Virus record (IMG/VR): IMGVR_UViG_3300006120_000030
Coordinates: 1-52,120 of that record
Reading direction: 5' to 3' (one strand)
DNA length: 52,120 nt
Source: a virus
Taxonomy: Duplodnaviria; Caudoviricetes
This document shows positions 33,848 to 42,468 of this stretch, in pieces. Position numbers and translations under genes: made by a program. The notes below the pieces were generated by a model. That model saw only the letters and a list, made by a program, of their open reading frames with translations. It made no database searches and was not told where the DNA came from. Positions within the stretch are counted from its first letter, which is position 1. Each line of letters starts with the position of its first letter.

Positions 33848-34338
33848 CCGCCCCAGAGCTAGACGCTGACGAGGTCTACCCCGGCATCTGGGTGGGCAGC
33901 GTTCCTCGGGTTCGTGGGGGCGACACCATCAAGACCTTCACACACGTCGTCCTGTGCGCCGACCAGCACCAGTTCGCTGCTGAGGAGTTCAAGGACCACG
34001 TCGTCGTCCACTGTCCCTACGAGGATGAGGACTCGGTCATGGGAAACGCCACCATGGCGATGGTCTTCGCCACTGCGAGGGTCGTGGCAGAAGTGGCCGG
34101 AAATGGCGGCAACGTCCTCGTCACCTGCGCTGCGGGCTTGAATCGCAGCGCCCTGGTCGCGGCTCTCGCTATGCGGATGCTGGGCGTGGAGCCCTGGCTC
34201 GCGGTCGAGAGGATTCGGGCGAAGAGAAGCCCGACGTGCCTATTCAACACCTGCTTCCGCCGCATCGCATTGGGTGAGAACAGGGCTGCCCACTTCTACT
34301 TGCCTCCGAAGAGGAAAGATGTCAATCTGGCTGTCTGA
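33844..34338 (+). CDS. dual-specificity (Cys-based) phosphatase
   Basis: EVYPGIWVGS; VLVTCAAGLNRS (CX5R). Confidence 0.88.
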   Translation: MTAPELDADEVYPGIWVGSVPRVRGGDTIKTFTHVVLCADQHQFAAEEFKDHVVVHCPYEDEDSVMGNATMAMVFATARVVAEVAGNGGNVLVTCAAGLNRSALVAALAMRMLGVEPWLAVERIRAKRSPTCLFNTCFRRIALGENRAAHFYLPPKRKDVNLAV

Positions 34339-35242
34339 AAAGTTCGACTGGCTGACAGCGTGCGGTCGAGTGCTGGGTGCGCCCCTCGAGGTGGGCGCTT
34401 CCCTGTGTCTAGCGCAAGGAGGTTATCTGTCCGGATCCTTCGCTCGGGCAGTGGCTCTGTGCGCTCTGGGAGAGATGGGCAAGTTCCACTACTACGATGG
34501 CTCTTCGCTCATGACGTGGGAGAATCTCATTCCTATCTACACGGGAAATGAGCAAGTCTTCATCAGCAAGCACGCTGGCGACGTCGACTTCTTCTTCCCG
34601 AGCGAGGAAGTGGGCGACCGCGCGGTCGAGGTCATGAAGCAACGAATGGAGATCCACGGCCATGGAACTCCGTGGTTCCGCACGTCCTCCGCGGGCTACG
34701 CGACTGAGTTCTTCTTGACTCGGGGAATTCTCTTTCAGCTCATCACCAAGAACTGCGGCGAGGCGCAGGACGTGGCCGACAGCTTCGACATCGCGAACGC
34801 CAAGGTCTACCTCACTCGCGGAGAGATCCACTTCACGTCTGAGTGGCTGCAGCTCGAGAGGGTGAGGGAGCTCGGAATCTCTCGGGTCGACAAGCCCAAC
34901 CTCGTGTGGCGCGGCTACAAGTGGTTCAACAGAGGCCACTACGAGAGATTCAGCGAAGGCAGCGACTCGAAGTACATCGATGCTGTGATGATGGAGACAC
35001 AGCGACTGGCTCAGATCGCAACTGAAGAGTCGAAGACGTCAGACGACTGGGCGGAGAGGCTGCAGAGCAGTCGATTCTCCGAGATCAGAGTCGATGACGG
35101 AAATGGCACTCAGCCCGTGTGGGAGCTGATCACGAACAAGAAGATCAGGCTGCCTGCCTCTCTCCTCAAGGCGTCGTACCTTTTCGACGGATACAAGAAC
35201 CTGCACATCATCCAGAGAGTGCGAGAGGAGCTGAACAAGTGA
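34319..35242 (+). CDS. Pol-beta superfamily nucleotidyltransferase-like protein
   Basis: GYLSGSFAR...GDVDFFF...FQLI...SFDIANAK. Confidence 0.65.
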   Translation: MSIWLSEKFDWLTACGRVLGAPLEVGASLCLAQGGYLSGSFARAVALCALGEMGKFHYYDGSSLMTWENLIPIYTGNEQVFISKHAGDVDFFFPSEEVGDRAVEVMKQRMEIHGHGTPWFRTSSAGYATEFFLTRGILFQLITKNCGEAQDVADSFDIANAKVYLTRGEIHFTSEWLQLERVRELGISRVDKPNLVWRGYKWFNRGHYERFSEGSDSKYIDAVMMETQRLAQIATEESKTSDDWAERLQSSRFSEIRVDDGNGTQPVWELITNKKIRLPASLLKASYLFDGYKNLHIIQRVREELNK

Positions 35243-35402
35243 AGAAGAAAGAACTACTTGCGCTGATCAACCGACTCGAGGAACGCGTAGAGGACCTCGA
35301 GGATGAGGTCGAGGAGATTCGTGTCCGGACAAATCAGTCGTCCTTCGGCTTGCGACCGATCACCCGCTCCGTCAGACCAGAGACCGAGATCTGCGACGAC
35401 GA

Positions 35403-35648
35403 ATGAGGTACGAGCTGGTTAGGTTGTTCTGGCCCATGCACTGGGCGACGATGGCCCAGAATTGGGGGACAGTGCCCGTCACCAGCGTCGACGACTGGCA
35501 GATCGTGTGGCGTGAGCCGATAAACAGCATCTATCCCGTCCTGGGCGTGAACAAGGACGGGGGCTTTCCCCACAAGAAGATCCTGACGCCCCGTGGCTTA
35601 GCGTGGGTGTCCGTGGAGTGTACTGAGATCGTGAGGAAAGCCGAATGA
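35403..35648 (+). CDS. hypothetical SH3-like small protein
   Basis: KILTPRGLAWV pattern shared with 38113. Confidence 0.55.
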   Translation: MRYELVRLFWPMHWATMAQNWGTVPVTSVDDWQIVWREPINSIYPVLGVNKDGGFPHKKILTPRGLAWVSVECTEIVRKAE

Positions 35649-36145
35649 GACCGCCGAGTGAGTTCATTCTGATCGTCGACCACGAGGGCGACGTCGTGGA
35701 AGTCCTGTCCGCCAAGTCGACGACTGACGAGGCCTTCTCCCTGTGCAGGCACTACTCATCACAGGGCGAGCAACATATTCCCTGGCGGTTTAAGGACGGG
35801 AAGTTCACAGAATTGAGGGACGCTCTGGACAACGTCAGGTACATGAACCTCCGCGTTGCTCCCCTCATCTCTGAGTCGGACGAGAAGATCGTCGATGACA
35901 TGGTGGAGGCCGCGGTCAAGAAGGACCAAGACTACATGGCCTGGAAGCGGAATCTCAAGCGCTATCCCGACTTCATGGGCGGCGCCGTCTACTACGCAGG
36001 CACTGCTGTCACAGTGCCGCAGGTCATGCGAAGTTTCGCTGCGGGTGACTCAAAGGACAAGATCCTGGCGGACCATCCGGGACTGACGATACAGGACGTG
36101 GAGTTCACGGAGCGTTACCTCGCTCACGAGATGCGTAAGGCCTAG
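35645..36145 (+). CDS. protein with C-terminal DUF433 domain
   Basis: PDFMGGAVYYAGTAVTV...GDSKDKILADHPGLTIQDV. Confidence 0.75.
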   Translation: MRPPSEFILIVDHEGDVVEVLSAKSTTDEAFSLCRHYSSQGEQHIPWRFKDGKFTELRDALDNVRYMNLRVAPLISESDEKIVDDMVEAAVKKDQDYMAWKRNLKRYPDFMGGAVYYAGTAVTVPQVMRSFAAGDSKDKILADHPGLTIQDVEFTERYLAHEMRKA

Positions 36146-36186
36146 ACCACGTGCAAATTTCCATTCTGGCAGAGTAGAGTGTCATC

Positions 36187-36918
36187 ATGAGACTTCGCAT
36201 CCTTTCGGACCTCCACCTCGAGTTCCATGCCGACGATGGCCGGGAGTTCTGCATGACGCAGACGGATCCCGGCTACGACGTCATGATCCTCGCGGGCGAC
36301 ATCAACATCCAGCGTCATCTGAACTTCATGATGCACTTCTTCCGGGACGCAGCTGGCACCCGTCCCATCCTGTACGTCCCGGGCAACCACGAGTTCTACG
36401 GCTCGAACCCGGTCAGCACTGCAGACACTCTCCGCGAGATCGCTCGCAAGGATCCTCTCCTCCACGTGCTGGACGACGAGGTCGCAGTGATCGACGGACA
36501 GCGGTTCGTGGGGTCGACGCTGTGGTTCGCCCACACGGGCGGCTTCGAGCACGGAGACGACAACCTGAACGACTTCAACGTCATCCGCAACTTCCGCCCG
36601 TGGATCAAGAACAAGTGCATGGCTTGCACGTCGTTCCTCGACGCCGAGGTCCAGAAGGGTGACGTCGTGATCACCCACCACATGCCGCATCCCAGGTCGG
36701 TGCACCCGAGGTACGCGGGCGATTCCTTTAACCGCTACTTCCTGCACGACGTGACGCCGCTGGTCGAGGACAGGGGCGCGAAGCTCTGGGTCCACGGCCA
36801 CACCCACGACTCGATGGGCTACACGGTCAAGGACACGAGGGTCGTGTGCAATCCCGCCGGCTACAGGGGGCACGGGGAGAACTCGCAGTTCGACCACCGC
36901 CTGACGGTCGATGTCTGA
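36187..36918 (+). CDS. calcineurin-like metallophosphoesterase
   Basis: SDLHLE, LAGDI, VPGNHEFY, ITHHMP, WVHGHTH, CNPAGY. Confidence 0.92.
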   Translation: MRLRILSDLHLEFHADDGREFCMTQTDPGYDVMILAGDINIQRHLNFMMHFFRDAAGTRPILYVPGNHEFYGSNPVSTADTLREIARKDPLLHVLDDEVAVIDGQRFVGSTLWFAHTGGFEHGDDNLNDFNVIRNFRPWIKNKCMACTSFLDAEVQKGDVVITHHMPHPRSVHPRYAGDSFNRYFLHDVTPLVEDRGAKLWVHGHTHDSMGYTVKDTRVVCNPAGYRGHGENSQFDHRLTVDV

Positions 36919-36952
36919 GTCCGGGTCGGTCACAGTCAGCTTCTTGTAGTCT

Positions 36953-37321
36953 GTGACCGACCTGTCGGGCGTTGCTTTCTGTGAGCTCGGAAGCAGCGTG
37001 AATGAGGAAAGACTTCCTTCGAGAGGTCAGCAGGTCCGCCACGCCGTCTACAAAGACATCTTCGGTGTGGTGGTGGGAATTGTTCCGCCATCGAATGACT
37101 CACCGCCTGACGGCGAACGGGTGCACAGAGTCCGCGTCCTGTGGTCGACGCCGATTCCCACGAACAAGTTCACCAATTTCCAGCTGCCCAACATCCGAAA
37201 GGCAGCTCCTCAGCAGCTTGTTGCGAACTCTCTTGTGAGCATCCAGCCCATGACTCTGCCAAGTGGTCTCATCTTCTATCTCGACTACCAGTACGGCTCG
37301 GGCTCAAAGGATGTTCCATGA
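36953..37321 (+). CDS. SH3-like domain fused to a gp23 major-capsid-like peptide
   Basis: FTNFQLPNIRKAAPQQLVANSLVSIQPMTLPSGLIFYLDYQYG. Confidence 0.7.
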   Translation: MTDLSGVAFCELGSSVNEERLPSRGQQVRHAVYKDIFGVVVGIVPPSNDSPPDGERVHRVRVLWSTPIPTNKFTNFQLPNIRKAAPQQLVANSLVSIQPMTLPSGLIFYLDYQYGSGSKDVP

Positions 37322-37638
37322 TTGTCAAGGTTGAATGGCGGACTTCCCTGAAGATCTCTGGGAATGCATTCGAGAACGGCAAGCCTGTCAAAGTCGGTGA
37401 GTTTGTTGAGCATGCGTGGAAAAACTGCGGCAGGGGAACTGTCGTATCGATTGAGAAGTTTGATGGGACTGTTCAACGAGTTAAAGTGCTGTGGCCCTAC
37501 ACTGACGATGAATGGCCCACTTTGTATGATGTCAAGTTCGTCAGTTCGTCGACAGATTCTGACGGCAAAATCGACATTCGCATGGAAGCCAAAGTCAGCA
37601 AACCCATCAACTACATCCAGGCCACATACAAGATCTGA
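37318..37638 (+). CDS. SH3-like domain fused to a tail-sheath C-terminus-like peptide
   Basis: N-part paralogous to 36953; ends DGKIDIRMEAKVSKPINYIQATYKI. Confidence 0.6.
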   Translation: MIVKVEWRTSLKISGNAFENGKPVKVGEFVEHAWKNCGRGTVVSIEKFDGTVQRVKVLWPYTDDEWPTLYDVKFVSSSTDSDGKIDIRMEAKVSKPINYIQATYKI

Positions 37639-37647
37639 GAGAAAGAC

Positions 37648-37908
37648 ATGATCGCCGAAAGAATGCTTGTCACCACCCGGAAGTTTCCCGGGATGTATGC
37701 CCGCACGAAGGAGTCTCTACTCTCTCGCGTCACTGCAATCCTCGACGTGTGCGAGGTGGACTACCACGTCCAGGACTTCTACGCCGACCACGTCGAGACT
37801 TACGGAAACATGTACGTCGGCCTCGACGACGAGTTCACTGACGAGTGGGCGCACGCGGTGTGCGATGCTGCGATGAATCTGCTCAAGAAGGAGAAGACTG
37901 ATGTCTGA
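37648..37908 (+). CDS. hypothetical protein
   Basis: ORF in operon. Confidence 0.6.
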   Translation: MIAERMLVTTRKFPGMYARTKESLLSRVTAILDVCEVDYHVQDFYADHVETYGNMYVGLDDEFTDEWAHAVCDAAMNLLKKEKTDV

Positions 37909-38116
37909 GAAAAATCTGACCGAGCTGTCCTTCGCGTGGAAGGACGGAGGCTTCGTGACCCTGTTCCGAAAGAAGACGAAGAGCGCCTGGGTGCTGCACA
38001 TCATTCCCGACGAGGAGCACCAGGTGTGGGGCAAGAGCGACGGTTGGTTCGACGGGCCGATCAAGACCCTCGGTCTCGGCCCACTGTTCGCTCTCGTGTG
38101 GACTGCGCGGGGATGA
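37901..38116 (+). CDS. hypothetical protein
   Basis: GGAG SD, overlapping ORF. Confidence 0.6.
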   Translation: MSEKNLTELSFAWKDGGFVTLFRKKTKSAWVLHIIPDEEHQVWGKSDGWFDGPIKTLGLGPLFALVWTARG

Positions 38117-38433
38117 CCTTCGTTCGCAGCCTAGCAGTGGCTGAATACGACGAGGTTCCAGCTTGGGCGGGCGACTACGGTCAGAAGGACTACGACGCGT
38201 GCCTGTACATTCACGTCGACGAGGTGGTCGTGGTGCTGTCGGATCCGATCACTGACGTCTCCCCTCCCCGGGCAGAGCACAAGATGATCCGCGTGCTGTC
38301 ACCCCGCCTGGGAATCGTCTGGGTCAACTCCAACCACGTCTGCCTCGCTGATGACGATCCCGCAGGTCGAACGATCTGGGAACGAGCACAGAGGCGCGAG
38401 GAATACGAACGCAGTCGCGAAGACTGTGAATAG
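38113..38433 (+). CDS. hypothetical SH3-like protein
   Basis: ATGA-coupled; IRVLSPRLGIVWV. Confidence 0.6.
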   Translation: MTFVRSLAVAEYDEVPAWAGDYGQKDYDACLYIHVDEVVVVLSDPITDVSPPRAEHKMIRVLSPRLGIVWVNSNHVCLADDDPAGRTIWERAQRREEYERSREDCE

Positions 38434-38494
38434 GGCGAGAAGAGTCATGGAGACATTGTAGCCAGCACTCATCAAATGCTTCCTATTTAGTCAC

Positions 38495-39004
38495 ATGACT
38501 ACCCACGCGATTTTGCGCAGATTTATCCGGGAGTCTCTGGTGCAGCAGGGAGACGTTCCTGGACGCTGGAGAGCCAACGAGGTAGAGCCCGTGTCGTCTG
38601 ACGACAAGGAGCGGCTCGGCAACGGTGGTTGGCTCGACGGTGATGATGAGGGCGACGACGATGGCATAGCCGAGGTTCGCCGGTTCGTGAGGTGCTTCTT
38701 GCTGGAGAACCCGGCAGGTGCGTCCGTGACGGCGGACCCGACAGACATCAAGGGCTTCTATCCCTGGGAGATGGAGCGCGGAACTGACATTCATGCCTTC
38801 TGGTACAAGTCTCCCGGGCGACCCATGGGAACAGAGGGCGATCCGGGTCGTCCCGAGGACGCTAAGGCGTACGTTGGCCAGACTCCTCCCGAGGACAACA
38901 CAGTGGACGCTCCCGGAGAGGAAGCTCTTGAGGATGACTCTGCGGGCGTGATGCCGACTGACATGCCCGAAAAGGACGATGAGTCCGAGCTAGAACCCGT
39001 CTGA
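38495..39004 (+). CDS. acidic putative late/virion protein
   Basis: ILRRFIRESL leader; TATTTAG motif upstream. Confidence 0.65.
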   Translation: MTTHAILRRFIRESLVQQGDVPGRWRANEVEPVSSDDKERLGNGGWLDGDDEGDDDGIAEVRRFVRCFLLENPAGASVTADPTDIKGFYPWEMERGTDIHAFWYKSPGRPMGTEGDPGRPEDAKAYVGQTPPEDNTVDAPGEEALEDDSAGVMPTDMPEKDDESELEPV

Positions 39005-39146
39005 TTGTACAAGTGACCCACAGCAATCTACGTTACGACCAGCTATGGACCGTGAGCCACACTCACGGCGAGACGGATCTCTCGAATCTTCCTTCAAAAT
39101 AGGTGAAAACGTCAAGCCGTTGGCGCAGTAACCACCTCTTCTTTCC

Positions 39147-39332
39147 ATGCCCACCTACACGTACGGATGCCGTGTCTGCAAGACGGAGTTCGAAGCAGAC
39201 CAGAAGATCTCTGACAAAGCCTGGGCCGAGTGCCCGACGTGCTATGTCATGTGCAGCAACCGCCTCATAGTTAGTGGCTCGGCGTTCTCATTGAGCGGGC
39301 CCGGATGGGCCAAAGACGGCTACACGAAGTAG
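39147..39332 (+). CDS. FmdB-family zinc-ribbon protein
   Basis: MPTYTYGCRVC..FE..QKISD..CPTC..F.L.G.GW.KDGY. Confidence 0.85.
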   Translation: MPTYTYGCRVCKTEFEADQKISDKAWAECPTCYVMCSNRLIVSGSAFSLSGPGWAKDGYTK

Positions 39333-39343
39333 ATTGCGACGCT

Positions 39344-39577
39344 ATGGAGTCGAAGCGCGTCAAGTTTCTCAAGTCACAGGTTGCTAAGAAGATCGCGCTC
39401 CTCCGCAGGGTAGATCGGTTGGACTCCAAGGAGACTGAGCTGTTCACTAAGCACGAGGCAGTCCGACGGTTTGTCGCAATTCAGCACCTCCGCGAGTCCT
39501 ACAAGCACCAGTTGCAGGACCTGACGTACAGCCTGGAGGCAATCGCAGAGAACCTCGTCAAGTTCGGTGAGGTCTAG
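39344..39577 (+). CDS. hypothetical coiled-coil protein
   Basis: ORF converging on the lysis genes. Confidence 0.55.
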   Translation: MESKRVKFLKSQVAKKIALLRRVDRLDSKETELFTKHEAVRRFVAIQHLRESYKHQLQDLTYSLEAIAENLVKFGEV

Positions 39578-40129
39578 TCACTTCGACCAGGCCCAGACCT
39601 GCTTGGCCCAGGCTTCGTACCCTTGAGGGGCAAAGTGAATGCCATCGGGTGCTCTCGGAAGTGTCAGCGTGGTCGAGTCGAATGACCGATCTGACACCTT
39701 CCTTGCCTCAACAGACACCCACTTGCGGTTGTCCTCGAGACGAGCGGGCAGCGTTGGGGGCAGGATCCACATGACGTCCGCTCCGGTCGCTCGGATCTCC
39801 TTGGCGACGCCAGAGTAACATCCCACGTGAGCTGTCAGCCATGATCGCGTGTTGGGCGTGTCGTTCGTTCCTAGCGAGATCAGGACTGTCGTGGGCTTGT
39901 TGCGTTTGACAGATGACTCGACCCGCGTCGCCCACTGGCAGGTCGTGGTGCCGACCACTGCCTCCACGATGACCGTGTCTCCGTCCGCTCTTCCTAGCTT
40001 CTGTAGCGTGGGTCCCATGCCTACGCCTAACGAGTCGCCAATCACGAGGACAGTTCGTCGCTTCTGGGTCGGAGGCGCGACAACAGACGCGATGAGGAGA
40101 ATGACGAGGACGACGAATCGGAGGATCAT
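39578..40129 (-). CDS. secreted SGNH/GDSL hydrolase
   Basis: signal peptide; IGDSL, SLGTND, DGIHF blocks. Confidence 0.88.
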   Translation of the reverse strand: MILRFVVLVILLIASVVAPPTQKRRTVLVIGDSLGVGMGPTLQKLGRADGDTVIVEAVVGTTTCQWATRVESSVKRNKPTTVLISLGTNDTPNTRSWLTAHVGCYSGVAKEIRATGADVMWILPPTLPARLEDNRKWVSVEARKVSDRSFDSTTLTLPRAPDGIHFAPQGYEAWAKQVWAWSK

Positions 40130-40815
40130 GCGTCCGGGGCTCTGCCCTTGTCGTCCAGCGCTTCCATGAGCTCACGGGTGATTCCAATTCGAGGATCGAT
40201 GACGATGTCGATACCCATCTGGGCTGCGAACGTCCTGATTCCGCCGTCGGACTTGCTCCCCCAGTAGCCGTCGAGAGCTCCGTCGTACAGTCCCAGGCGG
40301 CCGAGCTTGGTCTGTACGTCAGTGAGGATCGCCTTGGTCCACAGGACGAAGTTGTCGGGAACGTCGACAGAGTTGAACATGTCCGACTCCTCCTGGCGGC
40401 GCTTGGTGAGGCCGGGAACGACAGCCAGGACGCCGTTGATCCTCGCGTGATTGTGCTGCATGAGGCCCGGGCCGACCCCCGCGTAGTTGCCCTTGTTGAG
40501 CTCCTTGCAGGCGTCAGAGGAAGTGTACATGCCGGTGCCGCAATTGAACCCAAAGGAGACGAGAGCGTCGAACTGGTTCTGCGTGAGAGGGACCTTGATG
40601 TTCTTCTCGATGGCGACTTCGCACTTGCCGACGTCGCGTGCAAGAATGTCGAGAGCTTGGTCCTTGGTGATGGACACACCGTCAGGGAAGTTTTCTCCTG
40701 CGACAATCAGATGTCCCACGCCGATGGTACGCAGGCCCGCGACGTCCTTGTAGGGCTTGAGGACAGTCCCCTCCCACTTGGCGATGAATTCCAGCCCGGC
40801 TTGCGAAGTTTTCAT
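40126..40815 (-). CDS. endolysin: GH24 phage lysozyme plus C-terminal peptidoglycan-binding domain
   Basis: EG..LKPYKDVAG..TIGVGH, QNQFDALVSF.FN.G, GLTKRRQEE; VQTKL..LGLYDGALDG.WG. Confidence 0.92.
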   Translation of the reverse strand: MKTSQAGLEFIAKWEGTVLKPYKDVAGLRTIGVGHLIVAGENFPDGVSITKDQALDILARDVGKCEVAIEKNIKVPLTQNQFDALVSFGFNCGTGMYTSSDACKELNKGNYAGVGPGLMQHNHARINGVLAVVPGLTKRRQEESDMFNSVDVPDNFVLWTKAILTDVQTKLGRLGLYDGALDGYWGSKSDGGIRTFAAQMGIDIVIDPRIGITRELMEALDDKGRAPDA

Positions 40816-40876
40816 GTGCGAATCTCCTGAAAGTAAGTATGTGCAAAGGTCTCTCTCAACGAGTTATGGATATATC

Positions 40877-41227
40877 GTGCCATCCGACAAGAAGATGCTT
40901 GCTCTCGCAGCTAGCATCGCAGTCAAGAGCAACCTTGGAGACTGTCGAGAGAACTTCCTCGGCGCTGTGGGTCTCAGGTCCGATGGCGTGATCGTGACTG
41001 CTCGGAACGTCTCCGACAAGAAGCCCGCTCCGAACCACCACGCTGAGGCGAGGCTCTCGAGGAAGATGACGCCTCACTCCACAGTCTGGGTAGCTCGGGT
41101 CCGGAACAATGGCGAATGGGCTCTTGCCCGACCCTGTCGTGGATGCCAGATGCGCATGCAGTCAGTCGGGGTGTCAAAAGTCGTCTACACGATCGGCCCT
41201 GGTGAGTGGGGTGTCATCAATTTTTGA
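40877..41227 (+). CDS. Zn-dependent cytidine/deoxycytidylate deaminase-family protein
   Basis: HAE...ARPCRGC; GTG 36 nt after motif at 40841. Confidence 0.82.
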   Translation: MPSDKKMLALAASIAVKSNLGDCRENFLGAVGLRSDGVIVTARNVSDKKPAPNHHAEARLSRKMTPHSTVWVARVRNNGEWALARPCRGCQMRMQSVGVSKVVYTIGPGEWGVINF

Positions 41228-41323
41228 AAGGTCACATGTGCATTCTGTAGTGTACAGTTCTTGAACATGTGTTAGAGTTAGTGTAGATTGGGCAGTGCGT
41301 GCAACCTCTTCCGAGAGAAGATC

Positions 41324-41629
41324 ATGAACAAGAAGATCAAGAAGTTCAGCAACGTCGACCGAAACAGCAACTACAGCCTCGTGGATCCCGAAGTGGTCTC
41401 GATGGATGACCTCGCCTACGCGGCGGACATGGAGTTGACGCAGCGCGCGGAAGGCCTCCGCAGCGATCGCGAGAAGGCGATTCGGGCGGGAGTGAGCACG
41501 CGCAAGTGGGAAGTCGAGCTCGCGTACGTGCAGCGCGAGATGATCGTTCGCGACGATCGGGCCGATGCACACATGATCTACGAGCGATCGCTGTGGGGTG
41601 CCCAGCCCAGCGATTCGGTCGTCAACTAA
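41324..41629 (+). CDS. hypothetical protein upstream of sigma factor
   Basis: ORF; WEVELAYVQRE. Confidence 0.7.
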   Translation: MNKKIKKFSNVDRNSNYSLVDPEVVSMDDLAYAADMELTQRAEGLRSDREKAIRAGVSTRKWEVELAYVQREMIVRDDRADAHMIYERSLWGAQPSDSVVN

Positions 41630-41634
41630 GGCAC

Positions 41635-42468
41635 ATGATGGACATCGAAAAGACCCCCGTCAAGAAGAAGAAGAGCAAGAACGACCCGCAGATGGACGCC
41701 GTCGGGGCGTACCTCAATGACCTGCGGGCGTTCTCGCAGCTCAAGCATCCCGAGGTGGTCGAGCTGTTCCAGGTGTTCGAGAAGGGCGGAAACGCCGCAT
41801 CTCGAGCTCGCAACAAGCTTGCTGAGTGCAACCTGCGGCTCGTCATCTCGATCGCCAAGAAGTACAGGGCATCGAACATGCCACTAGAGGATCTGATCCA
41901 GGAGGGCAACCTGGGACTCCTCAAGGCGATCGATCGCTTCGACTACAAGAAGGGCTTCAGGTTTTCCACGTATGCGACGTGGTGGATCAAGCAAGCCATC
42001 AGCCAACACGTCGTGCGTCGCAAGCGCATGATTCGTCTTCCCGCGCACGCTGTGAATGTGCAAAAGAAGATGCTGCAGGCGGTCGAAGAGTACAAGTCGC
42101 ACATGGGTTGCGAGCCCTCGGATGCTGAGATGCTGTCTCTCGTAGATGCGTCAGAGGCCGTCGTCCGGGCGACGATGTCCTCCGGGCGCAACGTCATCTC
42201 TCTCAACCAGACCATGTCCACCGATCCCGATAGCGGAGCACTGGAGGACAAGATCATCGACAAGAGCGAGGACAACGATCCGTTCGCGAATGTCGCTGCC
42301 CACGAGTTGCTGGGAATCGTACGAGGGGTACTGTGCCAGTTGACTGACAAAGAGTCCGCTATCCTGAGGCTGCGGTTCGGCCTGTTTGACGAGGAGATGG
42401 ACCGCTCTCCGTACACGATCTCTGATGAGGAAGCCGAGGCCCTCAAGCGAGGAGAGCCTCTGACATGA
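41635..42468 (+). CDS. phage-encoded sigma-70-family RNA polymerase sigma factor (region 4.2 absent)
   Basis: AYLNDL, NLRLVISIAKKY, DLIQEGNLGLLKAIDRFDYKKGFRFSTYATWWIKQAI, IRLPAH, LTDKESAILRLRFGL. Confidence 0.95.
   Translation: MMDIEKTPVKKKKSKNDPQMDAVGAYLNDLRAFSQLKHPEVVELFQVFEKGGNAASRARNKLAECNLRLVISIAKKYRASNMPLEDLIQEGNLGLLKAIDRFDYKKGFRFSTYATWWIKQAISQHVVRRKRMIRLPAHAVNVQKKMLQAVEEYKSHMGCEPSDAEMLSLVDASEAVVRATMSSGRNVISLNQTMSTDPDSGALEDKIIDKSEDNDPFANVAAHELLGIVRGVLCQLTDKESAILRLRFGLFDEEMDRSPYTISDEEAEALKRGEPLT

Noticed and set aside
36953-37321. True major capsid gene
   Set aside because: Only ~40 aa resemble gp23; the flanking frames do not continue capsid sequence and the context is accessory genes.
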